A DNA stretch of 64,000 nucleotides from an uncultured Armatimonadetes bacterium (GTDB lineage Bacteria; Armatimonadota; Hebobacteria; Hebobacterales; Hebobacteraceae), in contig OY970296.1 of assembly GCA_963716175.1 (NCBI GenBank), positions 1,024,001-1,088,000 of the forward strand, given 5' to 3'. The notes beneath the pieces were generated by a model, which was not told where the DNA came from, did no database searches, and worked only from the letters and a program-made list of their open reading frames with translations. Below, piece by piece: positions 30,758-40,438 of the stretch; position 1 is the first letter of the stretch; each line of letters opens with the position of its first letter. Position numbers and translations under genes: made by a program.

Positions 30758-32020
30758 TTACACGCCAGATGAGGTAATGACGGGTCTTGTAAAGCGCCGG
30801 CACGGTATGTGGGGAGAAGATGAGTGGCCGCCCGAAGCCACCATCCTCAGTGCCTGCAGCAGGTAGCGGATCTCATCCTCGGTGTTGAACCCCGACACGC
30901 CGAAGCGAACGGTCCCTTCAGGCCTGCTGCCGATCGCCTTGTGGATCAGTGGCGCGGCGTGCAGGCCCGCCGAGCAGCGGATGCCGAAACGGAGCTCGAG
31001 TTCGTCCTTGACCTCCTCGGCTCTGCGGCCTGTCATGCGGATTGACATGACGGGGACACGCTGTGCACGCTTGGCGTCCCCGACGATCCACATGCCGCGA
31101 GTCCGTCGTAGCCCGCGGCGCAGGAGCTGTGCCAGCCGCTGACCTTCTCGCCGGCAAGCTTCTCCTTCCCTCTCGTGCCACTGCAAGGCCGCGCACAGCC
31201 CGGCGAAGGCCATCGTGTCGGGCGGGCCGGTTTCGAGGCCTGCAGGCAGCTCTGGAGGCGTATGTGTGATGAATCTGGTCCTGCTGCGCGCAGTGCTCGT
31301 GAAGACCGGCGAGAGCACTAGCCGGGGATCGACGTAAAGGCCACCGGTGCCACTAGGTCCTCGGAGCCTCTTGTGGCCGGTGAGCGCAACCATGTCTGCG
31401 CCGAGCTCATCCGGGCGGACCGGGGCTTCGCCTACTGTTTGAGAAGCGTCGAGGAGCGTGTGCGCGCCTACGGACCTTGCCATCGCGAACAGCGAGGCGA
31501 CATCGAACACGCGGCCGGTGACGTTTGAGGCGTGGGTGACCGCCACCAGACTGGTTCCCCTCTGCAGAGCGGTGGCGAATGACTCGCGGTCCAGCTCTCC
31601 CGTGGCGTCCAGCCCGATGACGGTCAGGTGTATCCGCCTGCAATGCCGCAGGTGGAGTAGCGGCCTCAAGACCGATTCGTGCTCGGCGCAAGTGGTGATG
31701 ACGCGAGCGCCCCTGTACCGTGCGAGGCCGAACAAGGCGAGGTTCAAGGCGTGAGTCGCGCCCGCGGTCAGGAAGATCCGTTCGGGACACGGCACCCCCA
31801 GCAGACGGGCCAGCATCTCCCGGCACTCCCACATGGGGCCGGCGTAGGATGGTTCCTCATCGTCGCGCAGGATGGGTGGGGTCGTCAGTGCCGAAGCCAC
31901 TGCCTCCACAACTCCAGGGGCCTTCGGCCAGGAAGTCGCTGCCTCATCGAGGTAAATGAGGTCGGGCGATACTCGTTGCTTCCTTTGTGCATTCTCGAGC
32001 ACGAGAAAGCACTCCACCAT
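30758..32020 (-). CDS. class V PLP aminotransferase (cysteine desulfurase-like), catalytic Cys apparently replaced
   Basis: 'IYLDEAATSWPK', 'THASNVTG', 'DASQ', 'TGHK'; 'GLHAAP' where the family has GLHCAP; start uncertain. Confidence 0.8.
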   Translation of the reverse strand: MVECFLVLENAQRKQRVSPDLIYLDEAATSWPKAPGVVEAVASALTTPPILRDDEEPSYAGPMWECREMLARLLGVPCPERIFLTAGATHALNLALFGLARYRGARVITTCAEHESVLRPLLHLRHCRRIHLTVIGLDATGELDRESFATALQRGTSLVAVTHASNVTGRVFDVASLFAMARSVGAHTLLDASQTVGEAPVRPDELGADMVALTGHKRLRGPSGTGGLYVDPRLVLSPVFTSTARSRTRFITHTPPELPAGLETGPPDTMAFAGLCAALQWHEREGEACRREGQRLAQLLRRGLRRTRGMWIVGDAKRAQRVPVMSIRMTGRRAEEVKDELELRFGIRCSAGLHAAPLIHKAIGSRPEGTVRFGVSGFNTEDEIRYLLQALRMVASGGHSSSPHIPCRRFTRPVITSSGV

Positions 32021-32555
32021 GCGAAGGTCTTCTCGTCCCGGCTGGCTCGTGCGGCGAAACCATCACTCATGACTGCGAGACGGCCACACAGCCAAAGGAA
32101 CGCGAAGGACGCCTGCACTGAGCCGTCCTCACTTGCGGTGTCGCATGAAGAAGCTACATGGCCGGAATGGCAATCCGGTGTAAAGACAGGAACAAGTGCG
32201 TGAACGGGGCCGAGTCCTTAGTCACGAGCTTGATCGCAGGGGACACACGTACGAGGCTTTACCGCGCGTAGGTCCGGCGTCATCAGGGGCGCCAACAAGA
32301 CCCAACCACGGTACTGCGACACAGCTCACCCGAGCAGGCATCGCGCCACCATCAGGGCCGAGAACACCCATGTCACGTGTGAATGAATGGTGAATGACGA
32401 GGGCTCTGATAGGGGGGCAGCGACGATGATCTGACCCCTAATGCTCAGGAACCCGCCTGCGCGTTCCTGGGGCAGGAAGGGCTGTCGGTCGCTGACCGGC
32501 CATGGGCAGCGGGCCAATCCCGGAGCGGGTCATGAAGCAGTGCTCTGGATTCCTG

Positions 32556-32700
32556 ACAGTCTCCGGCTACCCCCTCGGCTGGGAGTTACTGGGCGAGGTG
32601 CGCCGCGTATGCGTCTGGTATGGCATAGCAGCCGCGCCACGATGGCGATCGCCGGCAGCCCCGCCGCGCCAAGACCTCACCCGGTATCGCTCCTCATCCT
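32556..32700 (-). repeat. hairpin repeat family R, copy 6
   Basis: Reverse complement matches 38740-38850 (GTGGCGCGGCTGCTATG..ATAC...GCATACGCGGCGCACCTC...CCAGCCGAGGGGGTAGCCGGAG). Confidence 0.8.
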
Positions 32701-32754
32701 CGGCGCCTCCCACCACAGGAGCATCGGCGATCGTCGGGGAGACCGGAAGACGCG

Positions 32755-34284
32755 CTACCGTCTCGGTTTGGCTTTGAACCGCAGTTCGAACGGCGGCACC
32801 TCATATGGGAAGGTAGAACGGTCCAGCCCGACGTGAGCGGACCCGGCGGCGCCAAACTCATGGGCGCCGAGATCGTATTTCTCCGTCTTGGAGAGATGCG
32901 GCCGGGGCGCGTTCCAGAAGTCCAGCGGGTTCTCGTACAGGAGGAGGCCCTGCTCTCTGGCCGAGGATCCGGTCTGGAGCCTGTACCCTTCTGCGACATG
33001 CGCCTCTGGGTCCACGAACAGAGGATCCCCGGATCTCGCCTGGGCATCGCCCGCATACGGCTTGTCCCACAGGTTGTTCACGAAGTGGAACTGGCTGAAG
33101 TCCACCCCGGCGTCCGCCGCAACCCCACCGGTGTTCTCCCAGAAGATGTTGTTGCGGAACCAGATATTCCGGTAATCCGTCAGCGGGGGCCGGCCCTGCA
33201 CGCTGACTACCCGCTCGCAGTTGTTGAACGCCACGGTGTTGTTGTCGAAGTAGGCATCCCGGGTGTTGGAGGTGATGAGGAAGATGACCCTCCCATACAC
33301 GCGAGGGTCGATCGCGGCAAAGGGGGCCCAGTCATTGTGGACGATGATGTTGTTGCGGATCGCGATGAAGTCGCTCAGGAACCGGCTGCTGCTCTCTTCG
33401 CCGGACAGCCACACCCCAACGTTGTTCGCCTCCAGGTAGTTGCCCTCGAAGAGAGACATGCTGGCGTTGTCGATCCAGATCGCCGCGATCGCCGTGCCTC
33501 GTATCACGTTGTGCCGCGCGGTGGTGTGGATGCCCCAATCTTCATACAGGATCCCGTCTCCGCTGTTGTTGTCGATCTGGCAGTGCTCGATCACCAGGTA
33601 TTCCACTGCTCCGTAGGCGTTGACCCCGTACCCTTCGGTGCCCTCGGCATTCCATCCGGCGTCGTGCAGGTAGCAGTTGTGGACCTCGACATGAGTGCAC
33701 TCGTCATCAGGATTCCAGTGCCCCTCGGGTCCGTCTCCGGAGCCAGAGAGCTGAATGCCCACCGCGCCGGAATAGGCCATCTCGCAGTTCGTGATGGTGA
33801 GGTAGTGCGCTCGGTCCGCTCTCACTCCGTCCTGGCAGGCGTAGAAGCGGCAGTTCCGTACCGTTACATACTCTTTGTGGGCCACACTTAGCCCCGACCC
33901 TTCGGGGTGGTCCGAGGCCATCTCGACCTCGATGCGGTCTATGATGTTGTAGGACCCGGCAAGCAGGGCGTCGCTCTGGCCGTCGTTGGTGAAGATCACT
34001 CTCCCCTTCCCCTCCGACCGCAGCGTGATGGGGAGATCCGGGCTGCCGTCCGGTATCTTCACCCCGGAACAGGGGTAGGTTCCCGCCAGGAAGACCACGG
34101 TATCGCCTAGCTTGGCCAGGGAGACGGCCTTCTGTACGGTCGCCACCGGCCGCTGCGCGGTACCGGGATTGGCGTCCGAGGCGTTCTGCCCGGTGCCGGC
34201 ATACCATACCGCGGCCGAGGCCGGGGTGCCGAACAGCCCCCATGCTGCCATGATGCCGATCACGCAGACAAGTCCGTACCGCAT
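32755..34284 (-). CDS. secreted right-handed beta-helix protein
   Basis: Signal MRYGLVCVIG; 'SDANPGT..RP..TVQKA'; Asn-ladder repeats; 'DLGAHE'. Confidence 0.85.
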   Translation of the reverse strand: MRYGLVCVIGIMAAWGLFGTPASAAVWYAGTGQNASDANPGTAQRPVATVQKAVSLAKLGDTVVFLAGTYPCSGVKIPDGSPDLPITLRSEGKGRVIFTNDGQSDALLAGSYNIIDRIEVEMASDHPEGSGLSVAHKEYVTVRNCRFYACQDGVRADRAHYLTITNCEMAYSGAVGIQLSGSGDGPEGHWNPDDECTHVEVHNCYLHDAGWNAEGTEGYGVNAYGAVEYLVIEHCQIDNNSGDGILYEDWGIHTTARHNVIRGTAIAAIWIDNASMSLFEGNYLEANNVGVWLSGEESSSRFLSDFIAIRNNIIVHNDWAPFAAIDPRVYGRVIFLITSNTRDAYFDNNTVAFNNCERVVSVQGRPPLTDYRNIWFRNNIFWENTGGVAADAGVDFSQFHFVNNLWDKPYAGDAQARSGDPLFVDPEAHVAEGYRLQTGSSAREQGLLLYENPLDFWNAPRPHLSKTEKYDLGAHEFGAAGSAHVGLDRSTFPYEVPPFELRFKAKPRR

Positions 34285-34397
34285 CGTGTCCTCCATCGCA
34301 CTGCTCCTCTTGTCCGGGATCACCCGGAGAGTCCGAGTCCATTCTGCCTTTCGCCGTCCGACGATCCGTTGCCTACGGCCGAAAGACACATCGTTCC

Positions 34398-34499
34398 CAG
34401 GGAGCTTCGCCGAATGAAGTAACACGGCGAAGCTCAAGAAGCGGCCCACACAGGCACAGGGCGATGTTCGCACATTACTTCGTTGTGCGAACATCATTA
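34398..34499. mobile_element. MITE-B copy 4
   Basis: Near-identical to 3820-3921. Confidence 0.8.
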
Positions 34500-34627
34500 G
34501 AGCGCATTTCATAACCTACCTGCTGGCTGGCCGCACCACGCCCTCGCATGAAATGCGCCTGCCACGGCCTGACGTTGTGCAGTGCTGTTTCATAACCTCC
34601 CCTGGGAAGGTTATGAAACAGCTTCTA
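34498..34627. mobile_element. MITE-A copy 3
   Basis: 130 bp; shares TA with MITE-B. Confidence 0.85.
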
Positions 34628-34689
34628 GTCACGTTCGGCAGCGCCTCAACCGAGACGAGGCGGGCGCTGGGCTCTGCTGCGACGGTTGC

Positions 34690-34889
34690 GCCTGCTGCAG
34701 AATCTAGATTCGGGGGCATCCGCCATTTGTTGGTTCACAGCCACGAACTCCCGTCGCTGCTGCTCCACGCTAACAGGCCCCCAGGGCATGACCCTTCTCC
34801 TCTGCGCAGAGATGCATGCCTCTATAGTAACCGCTTGCCCGTTACCTATGTATGCGGTACGAGTGTTACCTATCTATCCGGTCTGTACA
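34690..34889 (-). mobile_element. IS481-family remnant: left end and transposase N-terminus
   Basis: Begins TGTACAGACCGG...GGTAAC repeats; RBS AGGAG and ATG at 34789 give MPWGPVSVEQQRREFVAV, like IS481 'MPW...RxEFV'. Confidence 0.75.
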
Positions 34890-34953
34890 ACCCCAAGCCG
34901 AGGGGGTAGCCGGAGTCGGGGTGCCCTCAGGCCGGCTTCACGGGCGGTTGACA
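34890..34953 (+). repeat. hairpin repeat family R, copy 7 (3' half + right module ending TTGACA)
   Basis: ACCCCAAGCCGAGGGGGTAGCCGGAGTCGGGGTGCCCTCAGGCCGGCTTCACGGGCGGTTGACA. Confidence 0.8.
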
Positions 34954-35269
34954 TGGGCGCCTGGGATCGAAACTGCGAAAACGTGGATGGGGTCCGGCGT
35001 TTCGGTGCCAGAGTGCTTCCCTGGAGGACTCAGCAGTCGCGAAACGTCTCCGTCGTCCGACCAGAGTTCCTTGCGCATCGGGCTGAACCATCATCCAGCG
35101 CTGGAGGGCTTTGTCTGCTTCATCCAACCACTATCCCATGACCATGCAACAAAGCCACCGCTTCCCTCCCAGACATCGCTCGATCCACGAACACGCCCGG
35201 CTTCCTCACTTCAATCGTGCCGAGGTGCCGGACGCTGCGAGGATAGGGAGGCGAGATCAGTTCTGGACC

Positions 35270-36433
35270 CTACGGGCTGCGGCCCCCCGACAGTTCCAAT
35301 GCGGGGACGGCTTTCTCCAGTTCTGCGAGGGCCTGCTCGTCGGCAGCTTTCAACTTAAGCAGCCAGTTGGCGAACTTCTGCCGGCCCTCCCGCGTCGCGC
35401 AAAGGTCTTGGAGAGAGGAGTGACGGCCGTCTTCACACCAGAACTTGCCGGCCTCCGTGAAGCATCGGACTTGAGGGGAATGCATCTGGATAGGTAGACC
35501 GCCCAGTTCCGTCTTTGGCTTGCACTCGTGATGGTTGTCGAGCGCGAGATAGCCTAGCAACTCGCAGTATCCAGCCTGCGCGGCCTCCAAGTGCTTTCGG
35601 GCTACTGGCGGGAAGTCGGCCGCGATATCTTTCAGATACAGCACAGCATAGGCCCGGGCAAGCTGCAACGCATCCAGTTGCCAGCGCAGCACATGCTCGC
35701 GCCAAGCGAAGTCGGGTAGTCTGGGATCCAGTTGGTCGGGGATGAGCCGGGCGTGCTCCAGGTAAGCCTGCGGCCCGTAGATGAGGGGCTCGCCCGTCCC
35801 TCCCTGGCCCCGCGTGGGGCTCTTGCGTCCGGTGCGGGCGCTGGCGAGGGCAAGTTGGAGGGCCTGGCGGGCCGCCTGAGCGGAGGAGCGCTTCCGTGCC
35901 TTGTCACCAATCACGATGATGAAGGAAAGATCATCTGGCTTGATCGACACGTACTCCTCGGGGACCTCCCTAGCGCGTCCGTAGCGCCGGCCCAGAAAGC
36001 GATGCTTGGCTGGATCGTAGCCGGCCAGGAGGGCAAAGTGATCGAGCGCCCATTCGGCAGCAATCACGGGGTGACCGGCGTCAATCGATTCCGACGCGGC
36101 TTGCCAGAGGCGCTCCGGCTCGGATCGATAGACGACCGTGTAGCGGCGACCGAGAGCCTTGAAGAGGTTGTCGAGTCCGGGCTCGAAGTGGTTCGGATGG
36201 GCAAAGATGGCGCCGCCCGCGCCGGAGATCATCGTCCCTCGCGCCCAGCCCAACTCGAAGGCCCCACTGGAAGTGCTGGCGAGGAAGATCTTCGACCGCT
36301 TCTCTCCTGCGAAGTCCAGGCCGACTCTCAAGGCCGACGAAAACATGAGATCGTCGGTGTAGTCCTCAAGGCCTCCCCAGAGCAGCCTGGGCACGCCCGG
36401 AATGATCTGGGACAAGGTAGAGACTGCCGTCAC
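35270..36433 (-). CDS. hypothetical protein (BtrH_N/papain-like N-terminal region)
   Basis: 'SIDAGHPVIA....HFALLAGYD' pattern; RBS GGAG. Confidence 0.65.
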   Translation of the reverse strand: MTAVSTLSQIIPGVPRLLWGGLEDYTDDLMFSSALRVGLDFAGEKRSKIFLASTSSGAFELGWARGTMISGAGGAIFAHPNHFEPGLDNLFKALGRRYTVVYRSEPERLWQAASESIDAGHPVIAAEWALDHFALLAGYDPAKHRFLGRRYGRAREVPEEYVSIKPDDLSFIIVIGDKARKRSSAQAARQALQLALASARTGRKSPTRGQGGTGEPLIYGPQAYLEHARLIPDQLDPRLPDFAWREHVLRWQLDALQLARAYAVLYLKDIAADFPPVARKHLEAAQAGYCELLGYLALDNHHECKPKTELGGLPIQMHSPQVRCFTEAGKFWCEDGRHSSLQDLCATREGRQKFANWLLKLKAADEQALAELEKAVPALELSGGRSP

Positions 36434-36628
36434 GGTGCCGCTCCCAGCTGTAGAGCGTCAGCGTTCTTGGGACAAGAGGGGTCTTGGGTTGGCTACACCT
36501 CCGGCGTTCCCGCCCCTGCATCTCCGCAGTTTCCCTCAGCTACTGGCAGCATCCCGGGCGCGCGACCACTGAGCCTTCGCCAGAATGGGGATGGTCCCTT
36601 GCGCGGACCGGCTCGGCGCCCCGTCTGT

Positions 36629-36700
36629 GCGCAACGCAACCCCGAGCGGTGACTCCCAGCCGAGCGGGTAGCCGGAGTCGAGAGCTGCCCGGGGCCGTCG
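36629..36700 (+). repeat. hairpin repeat family R, copy 8
   Basis: GGTGACTCCCAGCCGAGCGGGTAGCCGGAGTCGAGAGCTGCCCGGGGCCG. Confidence 0.8.
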
Positions 36701-37103
36701 GCCCCCTGCCATCAGGTCTGGGCCGCTAAGTCCGGTGTCTCCGTGTCAGTCTGCGCTCGGAATTTGTGATCGGGGATGCTCAAGGACCCAAGCTTGCCTC
36801 CTGCGCTTCAGGTGGGTCCGTAGTAGCTTGCGTGGCAACTCGATCAGGGTGAATCCTCGGGAATCGTGCTGAGCAGTGCAAGCCTCGTCTCCGGGGCCGC
36901 GTGGCGATGAGCGTGCGAGGCCCCGTCACGTATCGGCTCTGTCGGCGTGACCTTGTACGATATGCCGCCGGACCGGCTGAACGCGCTATGCCAGTGAGTC
37001 CACCGCCACAGCCGTCCAGACGACTGGCAGTCTGTACGTCGCTGCCACCGACTGACAGACAGATCGACGGCCCTGGTAGCTCACTGTCGCGTCGTTCCCT
37101 GTC

Positions 37104-37172
37104 GCGAGAGAGCCCAAGGGCACTGACTCCAAGCTGAGTACGTAGCCGGAGTCGGGGGGTGTCCGGGGCCGT
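37104..37172 (+). repeat. hairpin repeat family R, copy 9
   Basis: GGGCACTGACTCCAAGCTGAGTACGTAGCCGGAGTCGGGGGGTGTCCGGGGCCG. Confidence 0.8.
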
Positions 37173-37453
37173 CGGGCATGAAGCTTCGGCGGCGCGGGCA
37201 CCCACCCCGGTCAACCCTCGCGTCTCGTGCTGTCATGGACCCGCGCCACCAATCACGGCGCCGGGATGGAATTCCTAGAGCGGACAGCCCCTCTCGGTGA
37301 ATGAAGCGACGACAGACGCCGAGGGTGGCCCGGCATCGCTGGTGGCCGCGGTCAGCGCCGGTACCAGACCAGCGCGGGGTCGCCCCAAGCCCCGCGAACA
37401 AGACCGGCCGCCCCTGGTGATAGGCGCCTGCTATGACAAGGCCATCCATGCGC

Positions 37454-38587
37454 TCAGTGTTCGTACGCGCCGATGTCGATGCCGCGACCGCGGGGGCGCC
37501 TGCGCCCATCCATATCCGTGCTCGGAGCACGGTCAGCAATCCCGGCGTCGATCGCCGGAGACCCTGGTTCCAGGTGGAAATCGAACGCGGCGACGTCGAC
37601 GAGCAAGGGATCCTTACCAACGATGTTATCGCGGAGCTGGCAGACGCCGTTGTCGTCGCTGTCCTTCAGCCCGCCGCCAAACACGAGGTTGTTGCGGATG
37701 ACGACGTTCACCAGGTCGGCCTCGAAGAAGTTGATGGCGTTCTCCACCGCCGGCCTGTAGAAGATGTTGTTCTGGATGAGGATGTTGTGGCACGGCTGCC
37801 AGAGGACGATGTGCCCCCGCTTGTTGCCGTAGGCGAAGACGTTGTTGCTGATCAGTAGGTCATCGACGGTGTGATAGCCGGCGACCTGGACCCCCCAGCC
37901 TGCATTCATGTTGTAGAAGATGTTGTTGGTGATGATGTTGTGCTTGCCACAGGTGTAGATGCCGTGGTCCAGGTTGAACAGCACCTCCGGCGGGCCGGTG
38001 CGGCCGATGTCGTGGAACACCTTACCGTCGTAGACGTGATAGCTGGTGTCGGAGTTGTCGTAGATGCCGTCGAGGCCGTAGTGCGTGGTGGTCTCGATGT
38101 TGCCGATGTGGTGGAAGTGACAGCCCCGGACGGTGATGTGGTGGGCGCCCGAGTTGCTGGTCATGCCGTGGCTGGCGAACTCCTTGATCTCGAAGCCCTC
38201 GATCGTGACGTAACGAGCGTTTCCCTCGATCACCCAGCCATACCTGGCCCTGTCGTTCTGCCCGTCCATCACAGCCTTCCACTTATGCTCGGCGCGGAAG
38301 GTGATCGGCTGCTCGGCCGTTCCGACGCAATCCACTACGACCCCGCACCCATCTGAGTTGGCAGCGGTGTAGGCACCATCTTTGGCGATGACGGTGTCTC
38401 CCGGCTTCGCAATGTCGGCTGCCTTCTGGATGGTGGCGAATGGATGGCCGGCGGAGCCGTCATTGCCATCCGAGCCATCCGGAGCGATGTAGTACATCAC
38501 AGCACCTCCTGCCCGACAGCGTGCACCTGCCGCGCAGACGATGAGAACGCACAGCAGGATGATCGGCAGCAACACGTGGACGCGCAT
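37454..38587 (-). CDS. secreted beta-helix protein (DUF1565-like N-terminus, choice-of-anchor-Q-like C-terminus)
   Basis: 'YYIAPDGSDGNDGS..HPFATIQKA'; 'FHLEPGSPAIDAG...DIGAYE'. Confidence 0.85.
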   Translation of the reverse strand: MRVHVLLPIILLCVLIVCAAGARCRAGGAVMYYIAPDGSDGNDGSAGHPFATIQKAADIAKPGDTVIAKDGAYTAANSDGCGVVVDCVGTAEQPITFRAEHKWKAVMDGQNDRARYGWVIEGNARYVTIEGFEIKEFASHGMTSNSGAHHITVRGCHFHHIGNIETTTHYGLDGIYDNSDTSYHVYDGKVFHDIGRTGPPEVLFNLDHGIYTCGKHNIITNNIFYNMNAGWGVQVAGYHTVDDLLISNNVFAYGNKRGHIVLWQPCHNILIQNNIFYRPAVENAINFFEADLVNVVIRNNLVFGGGLKDSDDNGVCQLRDNIVGKDPLLVDVAAFDFHLEPGSPAIDAGIADRAPSTDMDGRRRPRGRGIDIGAYEH

Positions 38588-38716
38588 GGCTTCACTTTCC
38601 TTCCGAGGCTTCGACACCGCGTCCTGTCCAGAGACTCACCTGGCTGCCAGGGTGCTCGGACAGCCTCTCTCGTGGTATTCTCTCCTCTCGTCGATACCCC
38701 TGTGCTGGGAGGCATA

Positions 38717-38889
38717 GAGGATGGTGAGCGCGATTTCGATGGGGCGGGCCTACGGGTCATTGCTACCGTGGCGCGGCTGCTATGCAATACCGGATGCATA
38801 CGCGGCGCACCTCACCCACTGGTTCCAAGCCGAGGCAGCAGCCGGAGTCGCGGGGAGCGCCCTCAGGCCGGTTTCACGGGCGGTTGACA
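38717..38889 (+). repeat. hairpin repeat family R, copy 10 (middle module + core + right module)
   Basis: Colinear with copy 5 joined to copy 7; ends CTCAGGCCGGTTTCACGGGCGGTTGACA. Confidence 0.8.
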
Positions 38890-40100
38890 GGGGCATGCGC
38901 GATCACAATCCCGTACTTCCCCGGCTGCAGATCCGCCAGCGCCACCACGATGAAAGTCGAGCAGCCCTGCCGCCAGCTGTAGTAGCCGTTGCTCTCCGAT
39001 GGTCTCAGCTTCCGCCCGTTAACGCGCACACTGCGTATGGTCCGGTTCCCACGGACCGCCACCTGGAATCCTGCCCCGCAGGCGAGCCCCGGCCCCGCAT
39101 ACTCCACCTTCAGCCGCTTCTCGTCAGGCTTTTCCGGCGCCTCGACTGCGAAGGCCTTGAAGTCGTCTCGGTTCCGCCACAAGGCGATTCGGCTCTGGCG
39201 CCGTGCGGCCGCCGTCTTGCCGATCGCCACCAGCCCCTTCTGGAACATCCCGATCAAGTAGCACGGGTATCCCGCGTAGCGCAGTTTCGGATGGCGGCGA
39301 TCGCCCCACGCAAGCAGGGCCTTAAGCTTCGCCAGTCCACTTCGGACGCGATCCTTCGCGGGGTACGCGTACTCATTGCTCTCGCATGTCTCAATGAGCA
39401 TGGATAGAGACTTGAACCGGCGGTAAGCAAATGCGCAGGCGCTGCTCACGTCCGGGCTCTCGCTCATGAAGCCAGGCCAGCTCAAGGGATGGGCGATGTT
39501 GGGGATGCCGGCCCTCTCGCCGGCCTCGGCCATCTCGGCGGCGATGCGATGCAGCAGGTAGTCGTCCTCGGTATAAGTCGCTGGCTCGCTCCACAGCACC
39601 ATGTCGTAGCTGCACCCGGCATAGCCTCTGGCGTGCATATCCACGTAGAGCTCGGGTCCGAGTTCGTAGGCCACCTCTTCCAGCGCCTTCCCCTCAGGCA
39701 GCTTTGGCCCGGAAGGAGCATGGTCGCGGAACGGCCGCGGCCCGTCTGGCGTATCGTAGACGTCACGCTCGGCGCTGTCCGGGTTCATGTTCGGCATGAC
39801 CACGATCTTCTGCTTCTGCCTCACCTCTAGAGCAGACGGCGACGTTAGCCACCCAATGAGCGCGAGCGCACCCAGCCGTCCGCTTTCCTCGTTCCCGTGG
39901 TGCCCGGCCGCGATCAGGACGTGCTGCTTGTCCCAGTCGGCGACGCTGGGATCGGTGATCGTCACCGCGTGGATCGGCCGCCCTTCGGCCGTGACTCCCA
40001 TCCTATGGATCTTCACCAGGTCGGGATGGCGCTGCTGGGCCCGGAGTATCAGTGCCGCTACTTCCGCCGAGGTGGGGCTTACTGCCTGTCTTTCGGTCAT
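38874..40100 (-). CDS. M14 zinc carboxypeptidase-family protein
   Basis: 'AGHHGNEE', 'PNMNPD', 'DMH', 'IE' motifs. Confidence 0.8.
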   Translation of the reverse strand: MTERQAVSPTSAEVAALILRAQQRHPDLVKIHRMGVTAEGRPIHAVTITDPSVADWDKQHVLIAAGHHGNEESGRLGALALIGWLTSPSALEVRQKQKIVVMPNMNPDSAERDVYDTPDGPRPFRDHAPSGPKLPEGKALEEVAYELGPELYVDMHARGYAGCSYDMVLWSEPATYTEDDYLLHRIAAEMAEAGERAGIPNIAHPLSWPGFMSESPDVSSACAFAYRRFKSLSMLIETCESNEYAYPAKDRVRSGLAKLKALLAWGDRRHPKLRYAGYPCYLIGMFQKGLVAIGKTAAARRQSRIALWRNRDDFKAFAVEAPEKPDEKRLKVEYAGPGLACGAGFQVAVRGNRTIRSVRVNGRKLRPSESNGYYSWRQGCSTFIVVALADLQPGKYGIVIAHAPVNRP

Positions 40101-40267
40101 GCCAGTTCCCTCTGTACTCACGCCCTAGCCGGTTCCGTGGCCGGGCGCGCCCTTCCTGTTCCCCGGAAGTCCGGGCTGGCCTGCCCCGTGCGGCAGGCGG
40201 TCGCGCGACATTGCCTCGATATGCGTGCAGGATCAGGGCACGAAGCGCTATCGGCATCTCTCCCCGT

Positions 40268-40430
40268 TGGGGGCCCGTGAAGCCGGGCTGACATCACCCC
40301 GCCAACCGGAGAGCCGCGACCTGCGTGTCTGCGAAGAGTCGTTTGCGATGGGTGGCGACGGAAACCCGGCCAGTGACTCCCAGCCGAGGGGGTAGCTCGG
40401 AATCGGAGGGTGCTTCGCGACCCTGGGGCC
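40268..40430 (+). repeat. hairpin repeat family R, copy 11 (long form)
   Basis: GCCCGTGAAGCCGGGCTGACATCACCCCGCCAACCGG...CAGTGACTCCCAGCCGAGGGGGTAGCTCGGAATCGG. Confidence 0.8.
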
Positions 40431-40438
40431 TACCTCAG

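Noticed and set aside
34285-34512. N-terminal extensions of ORFs 32755..34512 and 10735..12891
   Set aside because: They run through MITE or intergenic DNA; the true starts have an RBS and signal peptide further downstream
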